Source: Fusobacteriaceae bacterium (GTDB lineage: Bacteria > Fusobacteriota > Fusobacteriia > Fusobacteriales > Fusobacteriaceae). Taken from it: DNA of 64,000 nucleotides. The translations under genes were made by a program, and so were the position numbers. Numbering within the stretch: the stretch's first letter is position 1; each line of letters opens with the position of its first letter. Location: contig JBOFFH010000144.1 of the NCBI GenBank assembly GCA_051648485.1, positions 2,042-66,041 of the forward strand, read 5' to 3'. The notes under the pieces are model-generated. The model worked only from the letters and a program-made list of their open reading frames with translations, had not been told where the DNA came from and ran no database searches. Below, piece by piece: positions 9,505-19,202 of the stretch.

Positions 9505-11136
9505 TTATACCATTTTTTTTATTGTGAACTCAAATTCTGTAAACTCTCCCAATTTTGAATTTACTTTTATTTCTCCACCTAAATGTTTTACACTTTCTTT
9601 AACTATAGAAAGCCCTAATCCTGTACCAGCTATATTGCTTGTTCTGGCTTCATCCACTCTATAAAACCTGTCAAATATATTAATTATTTTTTCTGTTGAA
9701 ATTCCTATTCCATTATCTCTAACTTTAAAAATGTACGATTTTTTATTTTGTCCTATATTTATTTTCACACTAGGAAGTTCATTTTGATTATATATAAAAC
9801 CATTTTCAATTAAATTTTTTAAAATCATAACTACTTTATCCCCATCTGAACAAATCTCTTCTACTTCATCTTTTACTTCATATTCTATTTTACCATTTTT
9901 TTTAGAAATAATCGAGTTCAAACTAGATTCTATCTCTATTTTTAAATTCCGAATAGAAATACTCTTTTTTTCTATTTTTAATTTAGATTCCAATTTAGAA
10001 ACAATTAAAAAATCTTTTACTATGTTTTCCATCTTATTTACATTATTCTTTATTATGTTTAAAAAGTTTTTTTCCATAGCTTTAGGTGCATCTTCCAAAG
10101 CTATTAAATATCCTTTTATATTTGTCAAAGGAGTTTTTAATTCGTGCCCTACGTCACTTATAAATTTTTTCTGTTTATTAATCATCTCTTTTTCAATTGA
10201 AACTTTTTTTATAGTTACTATATATTGTGAACTATCTGACAAATGTTTTATTACCACATAAAAATATTTTTCTAAATTCGAAATATATATCTCTTTTTCT
10301 ATATCAGTTTTATTTTCATAACTATACTTTAAAAGCTCTATTATTTCTATATATTTTATTACTTCCATATATTTTTTCCCTCTTTTTTCAAAGAGAAATT
10401 TCATTGCAGAATTTTTTGTTACCACTTCCAAATCTTTATTAAAAAGAATTATTCCTTCGTCTAAAGAGTTTATAAGACGATTCAAAAGATTTTTATCTTG
10501 ATTTAACCTTGCTATATTGTCTAAATTTCTCACTTGCCACTCTCTCATAACATACCAAAACTTTTGTAACCAAACATCTTCTGTCAAATAACTTCCTTTT
10601 AATTCTATTCCACTTTCTAAAAAAATTCTCATTTTCTCAATTCGTTTTATTGTACTTCTTTTTAAATAATTTATATAATTAACCATTATAATTCCATTTA
10701 AAATTAAAAAAAACATAACTTGTAAAAAAAGCAATATATATATCTCTTTTTGCTGTGAACTGTAGGACTGAGAGGTTCTTATCAACAATTTTTTTCCTTG
10801 GAAATCATTTATTTTGATTGCATAATAAGCCATTTTTCCACCTAAAGTCTTACTATTTCTCAAATTAAAACCTGTTTCTGAAGTATTAAGTTCCTCTATC
10901 TCAGGACGATATAAATGATTTTCCATATTTTTTTCATTTAAATAATTTTTTGAATCATAAATTACTTCTCCATCTGTATTTAAAATTGTATATCTTACAT
11001 TCAAAGGATTTAAAAACTCATGATAATTTGTCACATCTTTTATCTTTAAAATTTCACCCAATATTTTAGCATTATTTTCTAAAGTTTCTTTTGTTCTCAC
11101 TATTAATTTTTCACTTGCATAATTTGTATTTACCAT
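9505..11136 (-). CDS. Sensor histidine kinase, PhoR-like
   Basis: Two TM segments flank an extracytoplasmic domain. H-box HELKTPLTNIKGY, N-box ENGFIYN and G-boxes DNGIGI / GTGLGLSIVK are present. It sits downstream of an OmpR-type RR and the pst-phoU operon. Confidence 0.85.
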   Translation of the reverse strand: MVNTNYASEKLIVRTKETLENNAKILGEILKIKDVTNYHEFLNPLNVRYTILNTDGEVIYDSKNYLNEKNMENHLYRPEIEELNTSETGFNLRNSKTLGGKMAYYAIKINDFQGKKLLIRTSQSYSSQQKEIYILLFLQVMFFLILNGIIMVNYINYLKRSTIKRIEKMRIFLESGIELKGSYLTEDVWLQKFWYVMREWQVRNLDNIARLNQDKNLLNRLINSLDEGIILFNKDLEVVTKNSAMKFLFEKRGKKYMEVIKYIEIIELLKYSYENKTDIEKEIYISNLEKYFYVVIKHLSDSSQYIVTIKKVSIEKEMINKQKKFISDVGHELKTPLTNIKGYLIALEDAPKAMEKNFLNIIKNNVNKMENIVKDFLIVSKLESKLKIEKKSISIRNLKIEIESSLNSIISKKNGKIEYEVKDEVEEICSDGDKVVMILKNLIENGFIYNQNELPSVKINIGQNKKSYIFKVRDNGIGISTEKIINIFDRFYRVDEARTSNIAGTGLGLSIVKESVKHLGGEIKVNSKLGEFTEFEFTIKKMV

Positions 11137-11168
11137 TATAAAACATAGTTGTAAAATAATAATTATAA

Positions 11169-11873
11169 TTAAGGCAATTCTTTCTTTTCTTCTAATTTGT
11201 AACCAACTCCTTTCACTGTTTTTATATATTTACCCAGTTCTTCTAATTTTTCTCTAATTTTTCCTATGTAAACATCTACTGTTCTATCTCCTATAGAATA
11301 ATTAGTAGACCATACCTCATCTAATATTTTTTCTCTATTTATAACAATCCCTTTATTTATAACTAACATTAGCAAAAGATCAAACTCTTTTTTTGAAAAC
11401 TCTATCTCTTTTCCATCTTTTTTTACTAAAAATTTTTGTTCATCTATTGTTAAATTCATAAAACTATATTTTTTTTCATCTTTTTTGTTCTCACTAGAAT
11501 CCAATAAAGGAAGATTCAAAAGTTTTTTTCCTCTCATTACAAGTTCTCGTGGATCAAAAGGCTTTTTTAAATAATCATCTGCTCCTAGCTCTAATCCATC
11601 CAGTACATCTTCTATTTCTGTTTTAGCTGTTACCATTATTATTTTAGGAGTGCCATATATCTCTGGCATATCTTTTACAAGTTTTGTTATTATTTTTCCA
11701 TCGATACTTGGAAGCATCAAATCTAAAATAATTAAACTATATTTTGTATTTTGTATTTTCTTTAAAGCTTCCATTCCATCCATGGATTTATCTGTTTCAT
11801 ATCCTTCTTTTAGAAAAAAATATTCAATAAGATTTTGTATCTCTAAATCATCTTCTACTATTAATACTTTCAC
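11169..11873 (-). CDS. OmpR/PhoB-family response regulator (likely Pho regulator)
   Basis: The receiver has VLIVEDD, LIILDLMLP and KPF. The C-terminal winged helix has RTVDVYIGKIREKL...VKGVGYKL. GTG start with SD AGGGGGA. Confidence 0.9.
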   Translation of the reverse strand: MKVLIVEDDLEIQNLIEYFFLKEGYETDKSMDGMEALKKIQNTKYSLIILDLMLPSIDGKIITKLVKDMPEIYGTPKIIMVTAKTEIEDVLDGLELGADDYLKKPFDPRELVMRGKKLLNLPLLDSSENKKDEKKYSFMNLTIDEQKFLVKKDGKEIEFSKKEFDLLLMLVINKGIVINREKILDEVWSTNYSIGDRTVDVYIGKIREKLEELGKYIKTVKGVGYKLEEKKELP

Positions 11874-11922
11874 AATATCCCCCTAATTCTTCTATTTTCT
11901 TTATTATTATAACACAATTTTT

Positions 11923-11962
11923 AAAAAAACCTTCCTTAGGATTATCTAAAGAAGGTTTTTTC
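11923..11962 (-). terminator. Intrinsic terminator after phoU
   Basis: Arms aaaaaaccttc (11924-11934) and gaaggtttttt (11951-11961). On the minus strand the hairpin is followed by a T-run. Confidence 0.7.
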
Positions 11963-11968
11963 TATACT

Positions 11969-12658
11969 TTATTTATTTTTGAGCAATTGAATTTTTCTCA
12001 AGTTATTTCCGTTTATTACATAAATTAAATCTTTAGCCAAATGAACTATATGATCTGAAAATCTTTCATATTTTCTATCTAAAAGTAAAAGAAGAGTTCC
12101 ACCTTTTATATTTTCAGAATTTTCATGCATATAATTAATATAATTAGAAGAATTAGCTTTTACCTGTTCATCAATCTCTTCGTCCAAAGCTATTACTGAA
12201 TAAAGAAGATTTTCATTTTTCTCTATTAAAGCTTTAACATAACTAGAAAGAGTAACTTTTATTTTTTGTGCCAATGGCAGTACTTCGTTTTTTAAAGCAA
12301 TACTTAAATTAGGAGATTTTTCATTCAATTCTTTTACTAATTTTAGATTAGCTTTTAATAAATCTCCCATTCTTTCTAAAAGTCTTGCACTATCTGTCAT
12401 CATTATCAATTTTCTTAAATCAGACGCTGCAGGTTGAAAACGAGCTAAAGCTATTATAGAATCTTCTCTAATTTCTAAGTCTAATCTATTTATTCTATCC
12501 TCTATTGATCTACTTTCTCCATAAAGAGTTAAATTCAAACTTCCATTTTTTAAAGTTTCGATATTTATATCCAAAAGTCTCTCTATATTTTTTAGCATTT
12601 CTAAATATTGCTCATCTATAACTAATAAGCTCTCAACTAAATTTTTCATATATCCCAC
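11969..12658 (-). CDS. phoU: Phosphate signalling complex protein PhoU
   Basis: Two-repeat helical protein with PhoU-type E/D..D motifs (RMGDLLKAN, ERFSDHIVHLAKD). It lies immediately downstream of pstB. Confidence 0.85.
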   Translation of the reverse strand: MGYMKNLVESLLVIDEQYLEMLKNIERLLDINIETLKNGSLNLTLYGESRSIEDRINRLDLEIREDSIIALARFQPAASDLRKLIMMTDSARLLERMGDLLKANLKLVKELNEKSPNLSIALKNEVLPLAQKIKVTLSSYVKALIEKNENLLYSVIALDEEIDEQVKANSSNYINYMHENSENIKGGTLLLLLDRKYERFSDHIVHLAKDLIYVINGNNLRKIQLLKNK

Positions 12659-12673
12659 TCCTTTTTTATTTTT

Positions 12674-13450
12674 TTATCCAAATTTCCCTGTTATGTAATC
12701 CTCTGTTTTTTTATTTTTAGGTGTTGTAAACATAAGTTCTGTTTTATCAAATTCAATCAATTCTCCTTGATAGAAAAACCCTGTATAATCTGAGATTCTT
12801 GTAGCTTGTTGCATATTGTGTGTAACTATTATAATAGTGTATTTTTTTTGTAAATCACGAATAAGTTCCTCTATTTTTGCAGTTGATATAGGATCTAATG
12901 CTGATGTAGGCTCATCCATAAGCAATATTTCAGGATTTACTGATATAGCACGAGCTATACAAAGTCTTTGTTGCTGTCCTCCTGAAAGTCCAAGAGCTGA
13001 TTTATGAAGTTTGTCTTTAACTTCATCCCAAAGAGCAACTGATTTTAATGAGGACTCAACTATTTCGTCTAATTTTTCTTTGCTTTTCACTCCGTGCAAC
13101 TTTGGAGCATATGTTAAATTCTCATAAATTGTTTTCGGAAATGGATTAGGTTTTTGAAAAACCATTCCAACTTTTGTTCTCAAAGAGATAATATCATAAT
13201 TTTTTTGGAAAATATTTTCACCATCTAAAGAGATTTCACCCTCATATATTGAAGTGTCTATCAAATCATTCATACGATTTATAGATCTCAAAAATGTTGA
13301 TTTTCCACATCCTGATGGCCCGATAAGAGCTGTTACTGTATTTTTTTTTATATCCATATTTATATCTTTTAAGGCTTTAAAATCCCCATAAAAGAAATTG
13401 AAATTCTTTACTTTTATTCTTGTTTCTTGAGATATATTTTTTTTTAACAT
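12674..13450 (-). CDS. pstB: Phosphate ABC transporter ATP-binding protein PstB
   Basis: Walker [10 protein letters not shown], signature [14 protein letters not shown] and Walker [12 protein letters not shown]. The PstB-specific tail is YITGKFG. Confidence 0.95.
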   Translation of the reverse strand: MLKKNISQETRIKVKNFNFFYGDFKALKDINMDIKKNTVTALIGPSGCGKSTFLRSINRMNDLIDTSIYEGEISLDGENIFQKNYDIISLRTKVGMVFQKPNPFPKTIYENLTYAPKLHGVKSKEKLDEIVESSLKSVALWDEVKDKLHKSALGLSGGQQQRLCIARAISVNPEILLMDEPTSALDPISTAKIEELIRDLQKKYTIIIVTHNMQQATRISDYTGFFYQGELIEFDKTELMFTTPKNKKTEDYITGKFG

Positions 13451-13480
13451 TTTCCCTCCTAAATTTTTTCTATTTTGAAT

Positions 13481-14326
13481 TTATGATTTCTTTAAAAATT
13501 TACTACGGATAAAAGATCCTAACAAATTAAATCCTACAGTAATAGCTACTAAAACAAACAGTGTTCCTTCCATATTACTTTTTGGCATATTTGGAACTTG
13601 AGTAGAAATTACATACAAATGGTAAGGTAGTGCCATTACTTGATCTTTTATTCCTTCTGGTAAAAAAGGTAAATAAAAAGCTACTGCTGTAAACATAATT
13701 GGGGCTGTTTCTCCTGCCGCTCTTGATATACTTAAAATGATTCCTGTTATTATTCCGGGAAGTCCTGAAGGAAGTACAACGTTCCAAATAGTTTCCCATT
13801 TTGTAGCTCCTAATGCTAAAGAACCCTCTCTTAAGGTATTAGGAACAGCTAAAAGAGATTCTCTTGTGGCTGTTATTATAACAGGTAAACACATAATTCC
13901 TAAAGTCAAAGAACCCGATAAAACTGAAACTCCAAATCCCAAGTAAAGTACGAAAAATGCCATTCCAAAAAGTCCGTAGATTATACTAGGAATTCCAGCC
14001 AGATTAACTATTGTCAGATTAATTATTCTAGTAAGCAAATTATCTTTGGCATATTCTACTAAATATACTCCTGTAAAAACTCCAAAAGGAACAGCAACTA
14101 AAATAGTTCCTAAAGTAAGATACAAAGTTCCTACAATAGCAGGAAAAATTCCACCTGCACGCATACCTTTTCTAGGCATCTCTGTTAAAAAGTCCCAAGT
14201 TATAGCTGGAACTCCTTTATAAAAAATATATCCTAAAATAGCAATAACAGGTACCATCGCAAATATTGCAACCATTTTTATTAAAAATTCTATAATTTTT
14301 TGATTTCTTCCTTTTAAAAGATTCAT
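13481..14326 (-). CDS. pstA: Phosphate ABC transporter permease PstA
   Basis: Six-TM permease with EAA-like loop REGSLALGATKWETIWNVVLP, located between pstC and pstB. Confidence 0.9.
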   Translation of the reverse strand: MNLLKGRNQKIIEFLIKMVAIFAMVPVIAILGYIFYKGVPAITWDFLTEMPRKGMRAGGIFPAIVGTLYLTLGTILVAVPFGVFTGVYLVEYAKDNLLTRIINLTIVNLAGIPSIIYGLFGMAFFVLYLGFGVSVLSGSLTLGIMCLPVIITATRESLLAVPNTLREGSLALGATKWETIWNVVLPSGLPGIITGIILSISRAAGETAPIMFTAVAFYLPFLPEGIKDQVMALPYHLYVISTQVPNMPKSNMEGTLFVLVAITVGFNLLGSFIRSKFLKKS

Positions 14327-14344
14327 TTTCCCTCCAAAACAAAT

Positions 14345-15223
14345 TTATTTCCCCATAATTTTACGAGATTTATGTATAAAGTAATCACCTAGGGTATTCG
14401 TTACAAAACTTATAAAGAATAGAACTAAACCTATAGCAAATAATGCGAAATAATGAGTTTCTCCTTGAACAACTTCACCCATTTCAGAAGCTATAGTTGC
14501 TGTAAGAGTTCTAACTGATGACAATGGAGTATTTGCAAGAATTGGTGCATTTCCAGTAACCATTAATACTGTAAGTGTTTCACCAATTATTCTTCCAAAT
14601 CCCAACATAATTCCTGCAAATATTCCAGGGAATGCAGCAGGTAAAAGTATTTTAAATATAGTTTCCAATTTATTAGCTCCCAGTGCTAAAGAAGCTTCCT
14701 TGTAAGAATTGTCCAGCGCTCTTATCGCATCATCTGTAATACTTACTATAGTTGGTATTGCCATAAATGCCAGCATAAGACCACCTGTTAAAGCTGTAAG
14801 TCCAGTTGGTAAATTAAACATGTTTTGAATTGGTCCTGATAATGCATAAAGACCAATGTAACCCAAAGCTACTGAAGGTAGTGCTGACATAGTTTCAATA
14901 ATTGTTTTTAAAGTGTTTTTAAATTTAGGTGAAGCATATTCAGCTATATAAATTGCAGTTCCTACTGAGAGTGGTACTGCAGCTAAAAGAGCTATAAAAG
15001 TTGTCCAAAGAGAACCTACTAATAAAGGTAAAAGTCCGTACTTTCCTGATAACGATATCCACTCGGTTCCAGTTAAAAAATCCTTTATAGGATAAACTTT
15101 AAAAAATTGTATTCCATTTAAAAATATAAATGAGAAAATTAAAAATACTGTTACAATATTTGAAATACCTATTAAATTATTAAAATATTTCATAAATCTG
15201 TCTGTTAATTTACGAAAAGACAT
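14345..15223 (-). CDS. pstC: Phosphate ABC transporter permease PstC
   Basis: Six-TM permease with loop KEASLALGANKLETIFKILLP. It is the first gene of the pstCAB-phoU operon. Confidence 0.9.
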   Translation of the reverse strand: MSFRKLTDRFMKYFNNLIGISNIVTVFLIFSFIFLNGIQFFKVYPIKDFLTGTEWISLSGKYGLLPLLVGSLWTTFIALLAAVPLSVGTAIYIAEYASPKFKNTLKTIIETMSALPSVALGYIGLYALSGPIQNMFNLPTGLTALTGGLMLAFMAIPTIVSITDDAIRALDNSYKEASLALGANKLETIFKILLPAAFPGIFAGIMLGFGRIIGETLTVLMVTGNAPILANTPLSSVRTLTATIASEMGEVVQGETHYFALFAIGLVLFFISFVTNTLGDYFIHKSRKIMGK

Positions 15224-15269
15224 ACTTCCCTCCTGATATATAATTATTTTTTTTTTTAGTTTTTTCTTA

Positions 15270-15374
15270 TGTAAAAATTATACCTTTTCAATGTAAAGAA
15301 AGTATAAATCTAATGTAAAATTGATGTAAAAATATTTTACACAAAATTTACATTAGATTTATATGATGTTAACA
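15270..15374. promoter_or_regulatory. Divergent Pho-box array (11-bp-phased TTTACA hexamers in mirror orientation)
   Basis: TGTAAA occurs at 15270, 15292, 15314 and 15325, with TATAAA at 15303; these are oriented toward pstC. TTTACA occurs at 15336 and 15347, TTTATA at 15358 and TTAACA at 15369; these are oriented toward pstS. All lie on an 11-bp register. A perfect 16-bp inverted repeat is formed by ataaatctaatgtaaa (15304-15319) and tttacattagatttat (15347-15362). Confidence 0.7.
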
Positions 15375-15454
15375 CAATACTGATAAACTTATTTTATTAG
15401 TGTTGAAACACAATATAAAAGTTTATAATGAAATTAAAATATTAGGAGGGTAAT

Positions 15455-16288
15455 ATGAAAAAAGGGTTTTTATTCGGTTTAATGGTTATTGCAGGTTTGT
15501 TAGGGGGACAAAAAGCTTTAGCTAACAAAATAGTTCAGGTTAAAGGTTCTGATACACTTTTAAATGCATCACAGTATATTGCTGAGGAGTTTATGGCTAA
15601 AAACAAAGATGCAAGGGTTGCTGTAACTGGTGGGGGTTCAGGTGTAGGAATATCTGCTTTACAAAACGGAACAACTGATATTGCAATGGCTTCAAGAAAT
15701 ATCAAACAATCAGAAATAGACAACATAGCTAAAAAAGGAATAACTGTGGAGGAAATTGTTGTTGGATATGATGGAATCACAATAGTAGGAAACAAATCTA
15801 ATAATGTATCTAACTTAACTTCAGATCAGCTAGGTAAAATTTTTAGAGGAGAAATCAAGAACTGGAAAGAAGTTGGAGGACCAGAAGGTGCTATAGTTAT
15901 TTTATCTAGAGATTCTTCTTCGGGAACACATGAGTTTTTTAAAGAGCACGTTGTAAGAAAAGGAAATTCTAAAGGTCCAGAAGAGTATGCTACAACTACA
16001 CTTTATATGCCTTCTAACGAAGCTATAAAACAAGAGGTTGCTAAAAATAAATTTGCTGTTGGTTACTTAGGAATGGGATATGTAGACAACACAACTAAAT
16101 CTTTCAATATTGATGGGGTTCCGGCTAGTGCTGAAAATGTTCTTTCTAAAAAATATCCAATAGCTAGAGAAATTTTCTGGTATGTTAACAAAGCTAGAAC
16201 TGGAACTGTTAAAAATTTAGTAGATTTCGCAGTTTCTGCTGAAGGACAAAAAATAGTTACAGAAGAAGGGTTTGTTCCTGTAAAATAA
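15455..16288 (+). CDS. pstS: Phosphate-binding protein PstS (periplasmic/lipid-anchored PBP)
   Basis: Signal peptide, then GSDTLLN, TGGGSGVG and SRDSSSGT, typical of PstS-family phosphate binding. SD AGGAGGG lies 5 nt upstream of the start. Confidence 0.9.
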   Translation: MKKGFLFGLMVIAGLLGGQKALANKIVQVKGSDTLLNASQYIAEEFMAKNKDARVAVTGGGSGVGISALQNGTTDIAMASRNIKQSEIDNIAKKGITVEEIVVGYDGITIVGNKSNNVSNLTSDQLGKIFRGEIKNWKEVGGPEGAIVILSRDSSSGTHEFFKEHVVRKGNSKGPEEYATTTLYMPSNEAIKQEVAKNKFAVGYLGMGYVDNTTKSFNIDGVPASAENVLSKKYPIAREIFWYVNKARTGTVKNLVDFAVSAEGQKIVTEEGFVPVK

Positions 16289-16300
16289 TTTATAAAATAA

Positions 16301-16341
16301 AAAAAACCCACTGAGTAATTATTGTTCAGTGGGTTTTTTTT
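16301..16341. terminator. Bidirectional intrinsic terminator between pstS and lgt
   Basis: Sequence aaaaaaacccactga-gtaattattgt-tcagtgggttttttttt. The 8-bp GC-containing stem is flanked by an A-run and a T-run. Confidence 0.8.
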
Positions 16342-16352
16342 ATTTATCCAAT

Positions 16353-17222
16353 TCAAGATTTAACACTTTTTTTATTTATAATAAAAATTACAATTAGTGA
16401 TATTATTATCATCACAAAACTTGTAAAATGAGGGGCACGAAAACCAAAAGTCATTAAATCTTCCGCTCTGAAAAAACTTACAAAAATTCTGATTAAACTG
16501 TACAATATTATATAAATACAACAAACTGTACCGGAAGCCCATATTTTTTTTCTCAGTAAAAAAAGTATAATTAAAAAACCTAAAAAATTCATTATGCTTT
16601 CATACAACATAGCTGGGTGAAGAGCTGTGTTTGGAAACTCACTTCCTGCTGGTGAACTATTTGGAAAAGTTAATCCCCAAGGTACTAAATCTTTAAATTT
16701 AGTTTGAGCTTCTATTGTAAGACTCATATACTGTTCATACCACATTGAAAATTTAGGTTTCCAAGTGAAAATCACATTCCAAGGAGTAAAGGTTGGCACT
16801 CCATGTATTTCTCCATTCATAAGGTTTCCTATTCTTCCCAAGGTTTGTCCTAAAAAAAGAGGAGCTACCCCTATATCACTGAGTAAAAATGGATTTATTC
16901 GCTTTATTTTTCCATAGATAAGAGTCCCTATTATTCCTCCTATTATTCCTCCATGAATTGCCATCCCACCCTTCCAAACTGCTAAAACTTCAGATAGATT
17001 GTTTGAGTAGTAATCAAAATTAAACAGCACATAATAAAGCCTTCCTCCTAAAAGTCCTGAAATCATTGCTACAATAGCATAATTATCTATAACTTCTTCT
17101 TTAATTCCTTTAGTTTTAGCAATTTTTTTTGCTATCTCTGATCCTAAAAAAAATGATATTGCATACATCAATCCATAATAATAAATTTTAATCGGTCCTA
17201 TTTGTAAAAAAATTGGATTCAT
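16353..17222 (-). CDS. lgt: Prolipoprotein diacylglyceryl transferase Lgt
   Basis: The N-terminus IGPIKIYYYGLMYAISF, GGRLYYV, the HGG region and GRIGNLMNGE match the Lgt signature regions. Confidence 0.9.
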   Translation of the reverse strand: MNPIFLQIGPIKIYYYGLMYAISFFLGSEIAKKIAKTKGIKEEVIDNYAIVAMISGLLGGRLYYVLFNFDYYSNNLSEVLAVWKGGMAIHGGIIGGIIGTLIYGKIKRINPFLLSDIGVAPLFLGQTLGRIGNLMNGEIHGVPTFTPWNVIFTWKPKFSMWYEQYMSLTIEAQTKFKDLVPWGLTFPNSSPAGSEFPNTALHPAMLYESIMNFLGFLIILFLLRKKIWASGTVCCIYIILYSLIRIFVSFFRAEDLMTFGFRAPHFTSFVMIIISLIVIFIINKKSVKS

Positions 17223-17342
17223 TTTTTTCTCCTTATCGTTAATTTTTATTTTATTATATCATATAGAAAATTGTTAATAAAGAAAAAAGAGTCTGCTTTC
17301 ACAAACTCTCAAATATTTTTTCATTTTTTTGAATTATTCAAG

Positions 17343-17419
17343 TGGCGCACCCTAAAGGATTCGAACCCTCGACCCTCTGATCCGAAGTCAGATGCTCTAT
17401 CCAACTGAGCTAAGGATGC
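17343..17419 (-). tRNA. tRNA-Arg (anticodon UCG), CCA encoded
   Basis: The reverse complement folds as GCATCCT-TA-GCTC-AGTTGGATA-GAGC-A-TCTGA-CTTCGGA-TCAGA-GGGTC-GAGGG-TTCGAAT-CCTTT-AGGGTGC-G-CCA. This is a full cloverleaf with the TTCGAAT T-loop and anticodon TCG at positions 34-36. Confidence 0.85.
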
Positions 17420-17430
17420 AACTCACATAA

Positions 17431-17459
17431 ATAATATCATAACTTTAAATTTATTTCAA
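17431..17459 (-). promoter_or_regulatory. Sigma-70-type promoter for tRNA-Arg
   Basis: Minus strand reads TTGAAA-17 nt-TATTAT, ending about 11 nt before the mature tRNA 5' end. Confidence 0.5.
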
Positions 17460-17484
17460 GAGATTATAATTTTATATATAAATA

Positions 17485-18939
17485 TTAATCTTCAAAAAAT
17501 ATTTTTAAGGTTTTCTCATCAGTCGGTTTCCCTAGAAGCGAACCTATTACAAAAGCTATAACAGCTAATGAAATAACTGGAACTATCTGATGAACTCCCC
17601 CTAAGTTAGTTTTCATAAAAAACATATACACATAAGAACCTAGACCTACCATCATAGCAGCTAAAGCTCCTGTGGCATTAGCTTTTTTCCAGTAAAGACC
17701 AAAAATTATTGGACAGAAAAATATAGCTTCTTGCCCTGCTAAAAACATAAGATTCATTATTACTAAAAGGTCTGGCGGGTTAAGTGCCAAACAAAAAGCT
17801 ATCAATCCAAATACAAGAGACGTTCCTTGAGCTATCATTTTTATTTTTTTTTCATCTACTTTTTTTTCATCTTTCAAAATATATCTAATATATAAATCTT
17901 TTATAATAGTTCCAGAAGATAAAATCATAAGAGAATCTATAGTCGACATAATTGCTGCCATTGGTCCAGCTATAAAAACACCTGCTAAAACTTTAGGAAG
18001 ATGATTTAAGGCTAAAATTGGAACTGCTTTATCTCCTATCTCTATTCCGGGTTCTATAGCTATTCCCATAACTCCTATTAGATGCATACCTATCATTATA
18101 ATTCCTACCACAGAAGTTCCAAATATCATGGCATGATGCATTGATTTGCTATCCCGAAATCCCATACATCTCACAGCTGTAGGAGGAAGGCCCAAAACTG
18201 CTATTCCAACTAACATCCAAAAAGAAAGTATAAAAGGTTTTGAAATAGCTCCACCACTAGTTGGAGTAAGTAAATTAGGATCAATTTTCATAACTGTTTC
18301 CATTATATTTTGCATTCCACCACCTTTTTGTAACAAAACTACAAAAAGAATAACAGTGGCTATAAGCATTACAAAACCTTGAATAGCATCAGTTAAAACC
18401 ACTGCACGGAAACCACCAAAAGTGGTATAAAGGATAACAACTACAGCAAACATTACGAGCCCCCATTGATAAGGAAAACCTGTTACACTTTCAAAAAGAC
18501 GAGCTCCTCCTACAAATTGAACCACTACTGCCCCAATAAAAAAGAAAACCATGGCTAAAGATCCAAAAATAACTACTAAATCATTGTTATAACGAGCTCT
18601 TAAAAAATCAGAAATAGTTACTGCATTAATTTTTCTTCCTACAATTGCCATTTTTTTTCCTAATATACCCAAAGTTAAAAAAGCTGTGGGCGTTTGGATA
18701 CAAGCTAAAAGAACCCATCCTAAACCTAGTTTATATGCAACTCCAGGGCCCCCTATAAAAGAACTAGCTCCTATATAAGTTGCTATTATTGTCATAGCTA
18801 AAACAATTCCACCCATGCTACGACTACCTATAAAGTATTCTTCCATAAAATTAGTATCATTATTATTTTTAATTTTATTAACTTTATAAGCAATAAAAAG
18901 CATAAGCATTAAATAAGCCACTAAAGGGATTATTATCAT
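17485..18939 (-). CDS. panF: Sodium/pantothenate symporter PanF (SSS family)
   Basis: The N-terminal region EEYFIGSRSMGGIVLAMTIIATYIGASSFIGGPGVAYKLGLGWVLLA closely parallels E. coli PanF. It is preceded by a yhdT-like small gene, as in E. coli. Confidence 0.85.
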   Translation of the reverse strand: MIIIPLVAYLMLMLFIAYKVNKIKNNNDTNFMEEYFIGSRSMGGIVLAMTIIATYIGASSFIGGPGVAYKLGLGWVLLACIQTPTAFLTLGILGKKMAIVGRKINAVTISDFLRARYNNDLVVIFGSLAMVFFFIGAVVVQFVGGARLFESVTGFPYQWGLVMFAVVVILYTTFGGFRAVVLTDAIQGFVMLIATVILFVVLLQKGGGMQNIMETVMKIDPNLLTPTSGGAISKPFILSFWMLVGIAVLGLPPTAVRCMGFRDSKSMHHAMIFGTSVVGIIMIGMHLIGVMGIAIEPGIEIGDKAVPILALNHLPKVLAGVFIAGPMAAIMSTIDSLMILSSGTIIKDLYIRYILKDEKKVDEKKIKMIAQGTSLVFGLIAFCLALNPPDLLVIMNLMFLAGQEAIFFCPIIFGLYWKKANATGALAAMMVGLGSYVYMFFMKTNLGGVHQIVPVISLAVIAFVIGSLLGKPTDEKTLKIFFED

Positions 18940-18954
18940 CTCATTTTCCTCCCT

Positions 18955-19200
18955 TTAGTCTAAATCTATATCTTTAAATAAAAATTTAACTGCTAAAAAA
19001 ACTAAAAGATTTATCAAGACAAATCCTACAATACAAGACATAAAAAACCAGTAAGGAAGTCCTAAAATAAAAATATATTGACTAGGATCTTCTCCAGTAC
19101 TATAAGCAAAATAATACCACCAAGCAAAATATATGAAATATAAGCCTAAAGTTATTTTAGCTTCAAAATTTATTTGTTTCTCTCTAGTTTTTACCTTCAT
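18955..19200 (-). CDS. yhdT: YhdT-like small membrane protein (DUF997)
   Basis: 81-aa two-TM protein immediately upstream of panF, the conserved yhdT-panF arrangement. Confidence 0.6.
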   Translation of the reverse strand: MKVKTREKQINFEAKITLGLYFIYFAWWYYFAYSTGEDPSQYIFILGLPYWFFMSCIVGFVLINLLVFLAVKFLFKDIDLD

Positions 19201-19202
19201 TG

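Noticed and set aside
17223-17484. The tRNA-Arg locus as a possible integration hotspot (prophage or genomic island).
   Set aside because: No integrase, no direct repeat of the tRNA 3' end, and no phage-like genes on either side. The flanking genes are lgt and yhdT-panF, which are housekeeping genes.
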